A stretch of 64,000 nucleotides of DNA from positions 32,001 through 96,000 of IMG/VR virus record IMGVR_UViG_3300045747_000454; one strand, written 5' to 3'. The notes under the pieces were generated by a model, which did no database searches, was not told the DNA's origin, and worked only from the letters and a program-made list of their open reading frames with translations. A program made the position numbers and the translations under genes. Origin of the DNA: a virus. Below, in pieces: positions 1-9,700 of this stretch; positions within the stretch are counted from its first letter, which is position 1; every line of letters begins with the position of its first letter.

Positions 1-159
1 CCAGACTGGGAGCGCTCCAGCGCCGACGCAGATGTAGACGATGCTATTCACGAAGGCCAGCTGTCCAACAACTGGCGCGTCTGGGAAATTGGTGAGAGTA
101 CTCAGCGCAGCATTCTGCACCTCGTTCTGCTGTAGATTGGCGTGGCCGTAGAACTTCAT
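1..159 (-). CDS. Virion structural protein, 5' part only (runs off the window)
   Basis: ATG at 159 downstream of a late promoter at 195-201; reads MKFYGHANLQQNEVQNAALSTLTNFPDAPVVGQLAF..., similar in style to the N-terminus of the 924-aa neighbour. Confidence 0.7.
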   Translation of the reverse strand, partial: MKFYGHANLQQNEVQNAALSTLTNFPDAPVVGQLAFVNSIVYICVGAGALPVW

Positions 160-194
160 TTGAGTGTCCCTTTACTGTTGTGAGCTGTTGCCTC

Positions 195-202
195 TATTTA
201 TG
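195..202 (-). promoter_or_regulatory. T4-type late promoter (CATAAATA)
   Basis: TAAATA core matching the T4 gp55 consensus TATAAATA, about 35 nt upstream of an ATG. Confidence 0.7.
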
Positions 203-212
203 GGCGGGCAAC

Positions 213-240
213 AAAAAAGGGCGGCTTGCGCCGCCCTTTC
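213..240 (-). terminator. Rho-independent terminator
   Basis: AAAGGGCGGC-GCAA-GCCGCCCTTTTTT just after the stop of the 924-aa gene. Confidence 0.85.
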
Positions 241-261
241 GGGATTTACCTCAGGGAGGTG

Positions 262-3036
262 TTATGCCACGCCCATGACAACAGCCTTGCCAGTGATGGC
301 GGTGTTGAAGGTCACGGTGAGTTGAGTCGTGCTGTCGAACACGATCGACTGTGGGATCACCACGTTGTCGGTAGCGTCAACGATCGTCACGTTGCAGTAC
401 TTGGTGCCGAGGTTGTGCGTGACAACCCATGATGTGGCAGCAGCCGAGATGGTGTCAACGTGGAAGATCTTCTTGGCTTGCCAAGCAGAGCCGTCGCCGA
501 TGAGAGCGTACGTTGCGGTCGGTGCGGCAGAGCCGACGTCTTGCAGATCGCCAAGGTTGACGGAACCAGCAACGTCGACGCGGGACACTGGGACCCAGTC
601 GCCAGCTGACTTCGTGAGCAGCGTGCCAGTAGCAGCGAGGTCGGCAGACGACACGTTGTCCAGATCGTCGAGCGTTGCGAGCAGGCTGACAGCACCAGAC
701 GAGACGCTGAAGTGAGCGCTGTTGAACGAAGCGAGACCCTTGGTGGATACATCAGCATCAGCAACGCTGATCGTCACCGAGTTGGCGGCAGACACGGTCG
801 TGATCGGAGCGGAGCCACCGACGATCGAGAACGATTCGCCAAGTGCCACTGCGTCAGAGCCAGTGGTGCCAGTGACGGTGATCGTGCTGTTGACGAGTTG
901 AGCGTTGTCAACACCAGCAGCCTTGATCGTGACTTCACCAGCAACGTCAACTGCAAAGTCGGCCGTAGCGAACTTGGCGGTACCGCGCTGAGTCGTCGAA
1001 GCGATTTCAGCCGACACTGTGAACGTGCTGCCAGACAGCGCGGTGATGACGCCTGAGGTGGTGTCACCGAAGACCGACAGGGTCGAGCCGAGAGCAACGG
1101 AGCCAGTACCAACGCCGTCACCGTCGAGGGTGAGGGTGCTGTTGACGAGCTGAGTGTTCGTCACGCCAGCAGGCTTGATGAACAGACCAGCAGCGCTTTG
1201 GCCAAGACCACCGGTGGCACCAGAGTCGAGCATCAGGTACAGCTGTGATGGCGAAGACGTGAGACGGTTCGTACCGTTCGAGGTCAGGATCAGGGCGCCA
1301 GTAGCGGAGTCGAACAGGTCGATACCAACTTCGTCAGATGGGAGTTCGGTGATGCCGGCACCAACGTTGATGTTGACCGTGTTGCCAGAAGCAACAAGAC
1401 CGACACCCCAGTTGTAGGTGGACGAACCAGAGAACTGAGCGAAGGCAACAGCGGTGGTGCCAACGGCGACGACTTCAGCGGTTTGTGTCCAGCCGCTGTC
1501 GGCATTCGCGGTGCCTTCAGTGACGAACACGGTAGCGCCAGCGAACTCGGCGGCGAGGTCCATGTCAGTAGCGCGGGTGGCAAGGTTGCCAGTGCTGCTG
1601 TAGACGTAGATACCGTTCTGGGCTGGGAGCGTCTGGTTCTTGACCAGGATGCGATCGCCGTTGGCGAGATTGACGCCGTCGATTGCGGTGAGTGAGCCGC
1701 CGGTGAGGTCAAGGTTGCCAGTAGAGGCGACGCGAACAGCAGTCTTCCACGAGAGACCAGCGGCGATCGAGTCAACGTAAGCCTTGTTGGCTGCGTCGGT
1801 ATCGGCGGTTGGCAGATTCGGGAGGATGAGCTTGGAACCAACACCGGTGAACGTCAGCACAGCGCCGGAGTCCATCGTGTCGCCAGCGGCGTGCACATAG
1901 GTGGTTTCGGCGATAGCTTCGATGTCTGTCAGAAGAACGGCGGTAGTGCCAGTGACGCGACCATAGCCGTCAGTAGCCAGCTTCAGGAACGTACCAGAGG
2001 CGCTGTTGGTGACAGTAGCCAGGTCGATCGTTGGGGCAGCAGCGACGCCATCACCGTTGGTGATGACGACACGGGCAGAAGAGCCTGAAACGAGAGCGCG
2101 GTTGGTCCATGCGCTAGTACCAGTACGGACTGCGAAGCCAGTGCCAGCAAGACCTTCGAGGCCAGCCAGGTCGTCAGCGAGAGCGAACGTGATGTCGCCA
2201 GCAACGCCGTCTGGATTGGTGATGGTGACACCTGCGGCAGGAGCAACGGTCGTACGACCAGCGTACGCGTTGTCAGCGGTCTGAACGATGATGCCATTCG
2301 TGTTGAACACTGCGAGAGCCGTCAGACCAGCGTCGAGACCTTGCTTGCCGTTGAGCTGGGTCTGGATGGCAGACGTGACGCCTGTGACGTAGTTCAGCTC
2401 AGTCGTCGAGAGCGTAGCGCCAGTCAGCTTGTTCAGCTCGACGGCGGACGAAGTGACGGCGTGAAGCTTGACGAAGTCGGCGAGGACTGCACCGCCGGTG
2501 TGGAGCTCATTGAGCTCGGCAACGGTCGTGGTGACATCGGAAACGTCAGCGAGGACCAGGGTGTGGTCAACCCACTGGCCAGCGCCCGTGCCGTGGAACA
2601 GGAACTTCGGACCGGCTGGTGAAAGAGCAGCGCCGCCAGACGACAACGTCACGTCATTCAGTTCGAACAGCGAGTCATTGGCTTGCGCGTAGTTGGCGAT
2701 CTGCTGGATGGCGTTCGTGAACGACGTTGGGCTGGTCAGAGCGTCGGTGTTGGTGAAGCCAGCAGCGTTGAATACGCCTTCGCTGGTGATGCCAGCGCCG
2801 AGAGCGGTTTCGATTGCGTCACCTTCGACTTGGCTGAAAGCGTTGCCACCAGTGGCGAGTGCTTCCCAAGCGGAGGCGGTACCCTTGTAGAGGGTGGTGT
2901 TCGTCGAGATGTAGACGAGACGACCGGCATCTGCAGCGCCAGCGTGAGTTGGCAGCGAACCAAGCTTTTCGACGCGCAGGTTGGTGATTTCTGACGCGGA
3001 GGAAGCGTCAAATACGAGTGAGCCATTGATCTTCAT
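262..3036 (-). CDS. Fibre/decoration-type virion protein (924 aa)
   Basis: G/A/T/S-rich repeats, IDGVNLANGDRILVKNQ...NGIY module, STTQRGTAKF/STKGLASF fibre repeats, C-terminal 'WVVTHNLG' beta domain. Confidence 0.7.
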   Translation of the reverse strand: MKINGSLVFDASSASEITNLRVEKLGSLPTHAGAADAGRLVYISTNTTLYKGTASAWEALATGGNAFSQVEGDAIETALGAGITSEGVFNAAGFTNTDALTSPTSFTNAIQQIANYAQANDSLFELNDVTLSSGGAALSPAGPKFLFHGTGAGQWVDHTLVLADVSDVTTTVAELNELHTGGAVLADFVKLHAVTSSAVELNKLTGATLSTTELNYVTGVTSAIQTQLNGKQGLDAGLTALAVFNTNGIIVQTADNAYAGRTTVAPAAGVTITNPDGVAGDITFALADDLAGLEGLAGTGFAVRTGTSAWTNRALVSGSSARVVITNGDGVAAAPTIDLATVTNSASGTFLKLATDGYGRVTGTTAVLLTDIEAIAETTYVHAAGDTMDSGAVLTFTGVGSKLILPNLPTADTDAANKAYVDSIAAGLSWKTAVRVASTGNLDLTGGSLTAIDGVNLANGDRILVKNQTLPAQNGIYVYSSTGNLATRATDMDLAAEFAGATVFVTEGTANADSGWTQTAEVVAVGTTAVAFAQFSGSSTYNWGVGLVASGNTVNINVGAGITELPSDEVGIDLFDSATGALILTSNGTNRLTSSPSQLYLMLDSGATGGLGQSAAGLFIKPAGVTNTQLVNSTLTLDGDGVGTGSVALGSTLSVFGDTTSGVITALSGSTFTVSAEIASTTQRGTAKFATADFAVDVAGEVTIKAAGVDNAQLVNSTITVTGTTGSDAVALGESFSIVGGSAPITTVSAANSVTISVADADVSTKGLASFNSAHFSVSSGAVSLLATLDDLDNVSSADLAATGTLLTKSAGDWVPVSRVDVAGSVNLGDLQDVGSAAPTATYALIGDGSAWQAKKIFHVDTISAAATSWVVTHNLGTKYCNVTIVDATDNVVIPQSIVFDSTTQLTVTFNTAITGKAVVMGVA

Positions 3037-3063
3037 GGGATTCCCTTTCGATGGGTAGTTGAA

Positions 3064-3294
3064 TTACGTAATACGTCGCGTCGCTGTTGTCAGCGCTTTG
3101 ATCGCATTGTTGAACGAGATTGGCTCAACCAGGCATTTGCCCAAATCGAACTCTGCGAGAACTTCAGTGTCGACGTCAGCGAAGCAGAAGATGCCACGAT
3201 TACCTTGCTTGTCGATTCGGTCAAGCTTGTAGCCCTTTACTTTCAAGGCTGCTGCCAGAACGATGTCCGACGATTCAATGTGTCGTTTTGTCAT
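3064..3294 (-). CDS. Small hypothetical protein (DUF5659-like)
   Basis: SDIVLAAALKVKGYKL...GIFCF pattern; own late promoter at 3326-3332. Confidence 0.55.
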   Translation of the reverse strand: MTKRHIESSDIVLAAALKVKGYKLDRIDKQGNRGIFCFADVDTEVLAEFDLGKCLVEPISFNNAIKALTTATRRIT

Positions 3295-3325
3295 TGCTCT
3301 ACTGTGTGATCTGCTTTTCGAAACC

Positions 3326-3333
3326 TATTTATC
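3326..3333 (-). promoter_or_regulatory. Late promoter (GATAAATA)
   Basis: TAAATA core in the intergenic gap. Confidence 0.65.
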
Positions 3334-3340
3334 AGGATGC

Positions 3341-3748
3341 TCAAAACAGCATCAGAATTGCACGCCCACTTATCGGCGTGTTGAACAGAACCTCGACGTG
3401 ATCGTAGTCCACGATGCGCACGACGTCAGCATAGACCAGCTCGTCGGTGTCATCCCAGATCGTGACCTGCAGCTTGCGAGTGTTCTTTGCGTGTAGAATG
3501 GACCAAGTGGATGCCGCAAGAGCCTGCACGTGCTCGTACGCCATGACATTCTGAATGGTCGTCGTCCCAGTGACGATGACCTGACCAGAACCGTCGGTAG
3601 CTGTACCGTCGGCGAAGATGAGCGCCTTGCCAGCGACGTGAAAGTGCGGACCAGCAATACCACCGGCATTGATGGTCGCACCGTCCGCCAGCAACCCCTG
3701 CTCGCCGAGCTCAGGGATCAGAATGATTGGGACCTTGACGACGCTCAT
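3341..3748 (-). CDS. Small virion structural protein
   Basis: C-terminal domain (ASTWSILHAKNT...VLFNTPISGRAIL) paralogous to the C-terminus of the 924-aa protein. Confidence 0.65.
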   Translation of the reverse strand: MSVVKVPIILIPELGEQGLLADGATINAGGIAGPHFHVAGKALIFADGTATDGSGQVIVTGTTTIQNVMAYEHVQALAASTWSILHAKNTRKLQVTIWDDTDELVYADVVRIVDYDHVEVLFNTPISGRAILMLF

Positions 3749-5391
3749 GGACGAACCTCAACTGACAATGAAGTGGTGTTGTCGCCAATTGTCAGGTCGA
3801 GATCAGGGCTTGAAACAGTGCCTTGAATAGTCAAATGTCCAGTCTTAGACTGTGCTGTGATCGTTACGTAGCTCGGACCAACCTCATTGCCAGACCCAAG
3901 TGTGCTCAGCACCGGCAGGTTCACAATGGTCCGACCGCCTGTTCGAACCACCGTCGAGCCAACGGCAAGACCAGAGACCTGAATCTGCTCATCGTGAATA
4001 TCTGGAATCACGAGGACACGAGTGATGGTGTTGGCTGTGAGCAGACCTTGATTGCGAATCTTGACGCCGATTTGGAACGAGCTGTTGCGCAGCGTAGAGA
4101 CTGGACCAGTGATGCTGATGCCAAGATTGGCTTCGGCTCCACCTGGCAGCCCTTGATTGACTGTGATGACTCCGACCTTGACTTCGTCGTCGAAACCAAA
4201 GTTGTTGATGGCGCGCAGGCGAACCGTGTAGATGCCTGGCGTTGCGAAGGTATAGGATGGGTGTGTTGCTGTAGAGTCGACCACACCGTCATTGGTGAAG
4301 TCCCACTCGTATTGTGTCACCGTGTTCAACGTCATGTTCGTAAAGTTCACGATGAGCGGTGCTGTACCGACCACCGTCGAGACGCTGAAGTCAGCGATTG
4401 GCACGCGCGAATCAACTGGCGGTGGCAACGGCACGAACTGGTCGAGAATGATTGGAGGTTGAACGTCGATGTAGATGGAGTCGGTGTCCCAGACATAGCC
4501 GGCAACCTGCAACACGCCTGTTGTTGGTGGCGTCGTTGTGACCTCGCCAAAGGGACCACTGAACACTGGGCGGTCAATCTGCGCTGCGGTGAACGCCCAC
4601 GATTCGTTTCGAACCAGACCGTCGGTCGTGATGTAGCCAACCTCGTTGTCATCAAGCGTTTCGGTGGCGATGCCAGCGATGCGAGACATGAAGTCGGTGC
4701 TGCGATTCAGCAGAACGCGCCGACCAGCGCCAACGCGAACCAGACTGAAGGCCGGAATCGGCTCATCAGCCATGCCAGACAGCAGGTCGGTTTCAAAGCG
4801 AACTCGACGGGCAGAGTTGTTGACAACGACAAGCCCAGCCGTCGTTGTCACAAAGGTGCCATCTGACTGCCGCAATGGCTTCAGATAGGCGTCGAGAACA
4901 ATGTTGCCGGCATCAAAGTCACCGCTGATGCCGGCTTGTGTGCCGATTGGGAACGTGCGAATGATTGAGCCAGCGGTGAGCCAGCCAGCGAAGACACGAA
5001 TCTTCTCAACCCACTTGCGTCCGTTCCACACGAACATCGTGGTTGACTGCGTGTCGAACCAGTGTTGGTCATCAAGTGGATTGACTGGCGGCGTGCCAGC
5101 AAAGATTGGTGGACGAAGCGTGAGACCACGCGTCAGCTCGCCAGTTAGAAGATTGACGTCCCAGTAGAGGTAAGAGGTAACGCTTGCCGGGATTGGACCC
5201 CACGCCCGAGTGACCGTCCGAATTTCTTCAACGATGTAGTTGGCATCGCGATGCGCGAACACGACGATAGTCGGGTCTGGTTGGACCAGCAAATCGACGA
5301 AGTCACCAACGCTTGACCTCTGAAGAAAAATTGGAGTCGAGAGCGCGTCTGACTGATACCGTGCTAGACCCTGGCGGAAGTTGATTTTCAT
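3745..5391 (-). CDS. PKD/Ig-like domain virion decoration protein
   Basis: PKD motif (PIADFS...GTAPLIVNFTN...YEWDF...HPSYTFATPGIYTVRL), C-terminal DUF11-like Ig domain, central cement-like domain. Confidence 0.75.
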   Translation of the reverse strand: MKINFRQGLARYQSDALSTPIFLQRSSVGDFVDLLVQPDPTIVVFAHRDANYIVEEIRTVTRAWGPIPASVTSYLYWDVNLLTGELTRGLTLRPPIFAGTPPVNPLDDQHWFDTQSTTMFVWNGRKWVEKIRVFAGWLTAGSIIRTFPIGTQAGISGDFDAGNIVLDAYLKPLRQSDGTFVTTTAGLVVVNNSARRVRFETDLLSGMADEPIPAFSLVRVGAGRRVLLNRSTDFMSRIAGIATETLDDNEVGYITTDGLVRNESWAFTAAQIDRPVFSGPFGEVTTTPPTTGVLQVAGYVWDTDSIYIDVQPPIILDQFVPLPPPVDSRVPIADFSVSTVVGTAPLIVNFTNMTLNTVTQYEWDFTNDGVVDSTATHPSYTFATPGIYTVRLRAINNFGFDDEVKVGVITVNQGLPGGAEANLGISITGPVSTLRNSSFQIGVKIRNQGLLTANTITRVLVIPDIHDEQIQVSGLAVGSTVVRTGGRTIVNLPVLSTLGSGNEVGPSYVTITAQSKTGHLTIQGTVSSPDLDLTIGDNTTSLSVEVRP

Positions 5392-5417
5392 CGGCAGTGA
5401 TGGCTAAGTTCAGAGGC

Positions 5418-5424
5418 TATTTAG
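5418..5424 (-). promoter_or_regulatory. Late promoter (CTAAATA)
   Basis: TAAATA core upstream of the 5391 start. Confidence 0.55.
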
Positions 5425-5448
5425 GCATTCCGGCTCGTTTCAACAGGC

Positions 5449-6084
5449 TCAAACATTCTCTTCGACGATGAAGGCGGTCTGACCGTAGCCATCGTAGGTG
5501 TGCGTGCTAGTTTGATTTATATCGAGCATTCCAACGGCGCCAACGGCGACTTCGAGCGTGTACAGCGCTGTGTCTCGAGAGTTTGGATTGTCAACGAACG
5601 AAATCGAAATGTGCTGCGACTTGTGCGCCTCGAGCTGAGACACCACGAAGCCAACTGGACGTTTGTCACGAAACACCGTCGTCAGCATGTGGCAGCTCTT
5701 CTCGTGCTCGACGGTGAAGCTCGCCATGCCTGACATTCCACCACGACGTGTAGCTGGAGCGATAGCCACGCTGCCGAGACAAATGCCAGTCCCAGCAACC
5801 GGAAGTTGTTTGACATCCACGGCCTTCTCAATCTCTCGACGCTGTGGACCGATGCCCTCGGCTTTGCGGGTTCGTGGGTGGTCAATTCGAACCCACAATG
5901 TACCGTCGTTGACGTAGATGCCGGCGGCAAACCATGGGATGGTGTTGGTTGAAAGGTCGGCCAGCAGCACGAACATCTCACCTTGCTTCGGCGCCCGCGG
6001 CATGACATGACCTGTTGGGATGCTGAAGCGTTGAAAGTTCAACCCGACGGTTTCTGGGGCGGTGTAGGTTCCAAGTGAGCGCAT
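5449..6084 (-). CDS. Hypothetical protein, probably structural
   Basis: 211-aa ORF in the late operon with a beta-rich C-terminal domain. Confidence 0.55.
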   Translation of the reverse strand: MRSLGTYTAPETVGLNFQRFSIPTGHVMPRAPKQGEMFVLLADLSTNTIPWFAAGIYVNDGTLWVRIDHPRTRKAEGIGPQRREIEKAVDVKQLPVAGTGICLGSVAIAPATRRGGMSGMASFTVEHEKSCHMLTTVFRDKRPVGFVVSQLEAHKSQHISISFVDNPNSRDTALYTLEVAVGAVGMLDINQTSTHTYDGYGQTAFIVEENV

Positions 6085-6107
6085 ATGAGTATGGGTGTTG
6101 GTTTGTC

Positions 6108-6734
6108 TTAGCTCACCGAGATGGTCAGCGTGTAGGTCATCACGAGCTCACGATTGCCGGTGTGCTCAATCGGTGAGAAGACCAGATGCGACAGCATCAG
6201 CTCACCCGCTGGGTTCAGCGAGAAGGTTCCGGTGCCGTCGGTGTGCTTCGTGAAGAGACCGAGCTCGTCAAAGAAGTATGGACTGACGGAGGCAGCCCCA
6301 TCAATCTGACCAGCGTTGGTGATGTCTGTTGGGTTCGTGAACCCTTCGTTCGCAGAGATGACGCAGGTCACGATGACGCGAGTCATCGTCGTTGCTGGGA
6401 TGTTCGTGAACGTCACGCTGTTGCCAACGCCGACCTCGGCGTCCGAGTCATCCAGCACCTCAACGTAGGTTGGGTTGTAGAGGTCGGCATCGTCGGCGAT
6501 GGTGTTCGGCGGGTTGAACACAATCTGCTGCAGACCGTTGATGTAGGTTCCACGGTTGCCAAACTTAATCTTGAAGACTTGATAGTTGGCGGCGTTCGAC
6601 AGCCCTCGAGCGATTGCCGTTGCCATGTTCTTCGGGTGAATGGCATTCGACTTGTCGAGCAGCACCTCACCAGTGATACGGTCCTTGATGACGACGTGGC
6701 CAGCAACGGTTGTTTTCAGAATTTCTTGAGACAT
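6108..6734 (-). CDS. Probable baseplate/tail structural protein
   Basis: GHVVIKD...GEVLLDKSNAIH...FFDELGLF...HLVFSPIEH...YTLTI pattern typical of large-myovirus baseplate proteins; late promoter at 6763. Confidence 0.6.
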   Translation of the reverse strand: MSQEILKTTVAGHVVIKDRITGEVLLDKSNAIHPKNMATAIARGLSNAANYQVFKIKFGNRGTYINGLQQIVFNPPNTIADDADLYNPTYVEVLDDSDAEVGVGNSVTFTNIPATTMTRVIVTCVISANEGFTNPTDITNAGQIDGAASVSPYFFDELGLFTKHTDGTGTFSLNPAGELMLSHLVFSPIEHTGNRELVMTYTLTISVS

Positions 6735-6762
6735 AGGAGAATCCTCAGGTTTGAGCGTGTTG

Positions 6763-6770
6763 TATTTATC
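6763..6770 (-). promoter_or_regulatory. Late promoter (GATAAATA)
   Basis: TAAATA core upstream of 6734. Confidence 0.65.
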
Positions 6771-9700
6771 ACGGACCAGGCACCAGATAAATCTTGGCTT
6801 CGGTTAGGGATGGTAGCGTGACCTCGATGGCCCAGCTCGCCTCGTGCAGACGATAGTCGACCGGCGCAGCTTCGTGCATCAGCACGCGCGTTGCAGTCAG
6901 CTGAACTGCAGCCGTCGCACCTGGCAGCCAGACCCAGACCTGCGGAATCGGCATCGCCAGAAAGGCAGCGTAGTTCGACTCCGTCCAGAGGAAGCGAATC
7001 TGAACGACGTTGGCCGGCGATGTCACGGTCAGCGGCGTTGAGAAGCCCTCGTATGTCGTGCCGGCAGGTTGAATCAACGGGTTCGGCACGGTCTGTCCGA
7101 TTGGCAGAGTGTTCGAGTGCAGAATGGCTGTCGCCAGTCCGGTGGTGATGTTCGTGGCAACGACGAGCAGAGCGTCGCGCATCACCGAGCCGAAGGCAAC
7201 GCCGCTCTCAGGATAGCCGAAGCCGGTCAGCGATGGCAGCAGCTCTTCAGGATGCGCAGCAATATGCGCCTCAACGAGCCCAAGATAGTCGACCAGCTCA
7301 GTCTGAGCGATGTCATTGTTGACGAGGAAGCCGCTAAGCAGAATCAACGCTTGCTGCAGCTTGACTGTCTGCGCGACCGTCGGCGACGGCAGCACCGACA
7401 GCTCCTTCGCCGTCATGAACGTGCCAGTCAGCGGAACGCCAAGGTCGAAGTAGCCGTTGACGTTGTCCTCTGAGTCGTACGGCAGGTTACCGTGGCCGGC
7501 TAGAAAGCGTCCAGTCTGCGCGTCGCTCACGCCAGTCGCAGCGCTTTCTGGCTGGGCAATGTTGATGACCCAATCGTTCGTTTCAGGCATCGACACCGCT
7601 GCAGTATCGTGCAGCAGATAGTCGGTCGATGTCAGGCCAGCGCTGATGAAGAAGTTGAGCGTCTCGGTGATGTTGGCTCGCACTCTGTCGCCAGAGCCAG
7701 CGTTGTAGATGACAATGTTTGCTTCAGAGTTGAGCGGCAGATATGCAGCCGAGAAGGTCGCATCCCACGTGAAGACCGAGCCAGTCAGCGTTCCAACCAA
7801 GTCGCCAGTGCTGGTGGAGCGAACATCAATCGCCGTCTGGTCGTCAGAGAACACGGCGATTGATGTTGCGCTGTCGCGCGGTGACAGCGTCAGCGGTAGC
7901 CACGTTGTCAGCAGGTCAGTCTCTGGTGAGGTCGTGCTGAGCGCGATTGGGCTGAGACCAGTTGTCGTGTCCGTGTAGTGTGGGTCAATCGAGATTGGCG
8001 CCAGCTGAGTGATTGACGGCACTGACACGCTCAGGTCGTAGTTCAGATTGATGCCAAGCGACTCATTGAGGCGACCATCAACCAGCAGAAAGTCATTGGT
8101 GTTTGGTCGACGGTCCAGCGCATCAGGATTCAGAATGATGACGTCCTGTCCTGCCCAAGTGTCAAAGTCATCTGCCGTGATGACGAGCCGCAGCGAAACT
8201 ACGTCAGCCGCTGTGAAGTTGGCGATGAGCGTGATGTGGTCATCTGTGAAGGTGCCAATCATTGGCAGGCGTCCAACAATGCCACGGTCAGAGGCGTGAA
8301 CCGTCCAGCCGATGTTGACGCTGGCTTGCAGCACTGGCGTCAGCGTGTAGGTGCGGTTCGGCGCGTCGAAGCGCAGGCGAGTCAGGGCAAGCGTGCCAGC
8401 ACCAACAGTCCAGTGATTCAGCGAGGTCGGCTCCAGCATTGCAGAGTTGTGCAGCATCGCCGTTGGCTGCTGAATTGTGAAGCCGATCTTGCCGTTCCAG
8501 TAGGCATCGCCAACCACGGCGTTCGCCTGCCAGCCAGAGGTAGAGCCGTGAACCAGATAGGTAGGCTTGCTCGTGAAGGTCTTGAAGGTGAACTTGTCGC
8601 CAGCACCGAAGCCAGCATCGCCTGGTCGCAGCGTGAAGTGAATGCCAAGCGCCTTGAACGAGTAGCCCTCATTCGCACCAGCGCCCAGCGCGGTGAGCGT
8701 GCAGGTCGTAGTTGGAATGGCTGCGCCACCGTCGGTGCGAATGCACGCCACCGTGTAGGTCGTCGCCGAGGTGAAGGTCACCGTCCAGTTGCCTGCCGGT
8801 GCTTCGTAGAAGCCGTCGCCGTGCGGCATCAACCGTGCGCCGTAGATTGACGAGAGCCCAGCTGGCAGGTCGTCAAGGACAGCGTTCGGATTGCTGATGC
8901 CGAAGGAGAACACATCACCACCAGACACGGCAGGAACGTCGTTGATCACCACGCCGATGAATGGGCGAGTGCCCTCAACTAGCGTGAATGAGATGCCCTG
9001 CGCAGTGTTGTTGAAGGTGGCACCGACGGCAACCGTTCCAAGCGAGGTGCTGGTTGTGAAGTTGTTGTCAGAGTAGGTGACGGCAAAGGTTGATGCGTAG
9101 TAGACTGAGATCTCTGGCGGAATCGGTGCGCCGCCAATCGGCACGTCCGTTGCCACTGGGCGAGCCAGGTCAGGGATTGCTGTGATGCGCCACTTGCGCC
9201 CAGCCACGGCATTCTGCGCCATCTGTAGATTGAACAGCACCATGTCGTAGTCTGTGAAGCGAGTCGCATAGGCAAAGTTGATAGCCGTGGTTGTGCCAGC
9301 GTAGAGCGCGTCCTGATTGTCGAACGAGTCAAGGTCGTAGCCAAAGCCGAGGTCAAGGTCCTCAATCTTGGCTGGGTCGTTCTTGACGTGAATGAAGAAG
9401 CGGTCACCCTCGTGAAACGTATAGGCGGAGCCAGCGTTGATTCTGAAGCCGATGCGTCCGGCGAAGGTGATCTGATTGCCGACCGTCGCGACGCCGGTGA
9501 ACGACGGCATTCTGTCGTGCGTGACATCGAAGGTAGTGCCATCGGCGCGAGCGGTCAGCACCACGTAGCCGGTGTCGAGCAGCTGTCCAGACAGGGCGAC
9601 GTTTGACAGATACCCGTAGCGAGTCGTGGTCAGCGTTGGGCGAGTATAGGACGTTGGTGTCGTCTTGATGACGGTCCAAGTCTCGAGCGGAGCGTCTGGA

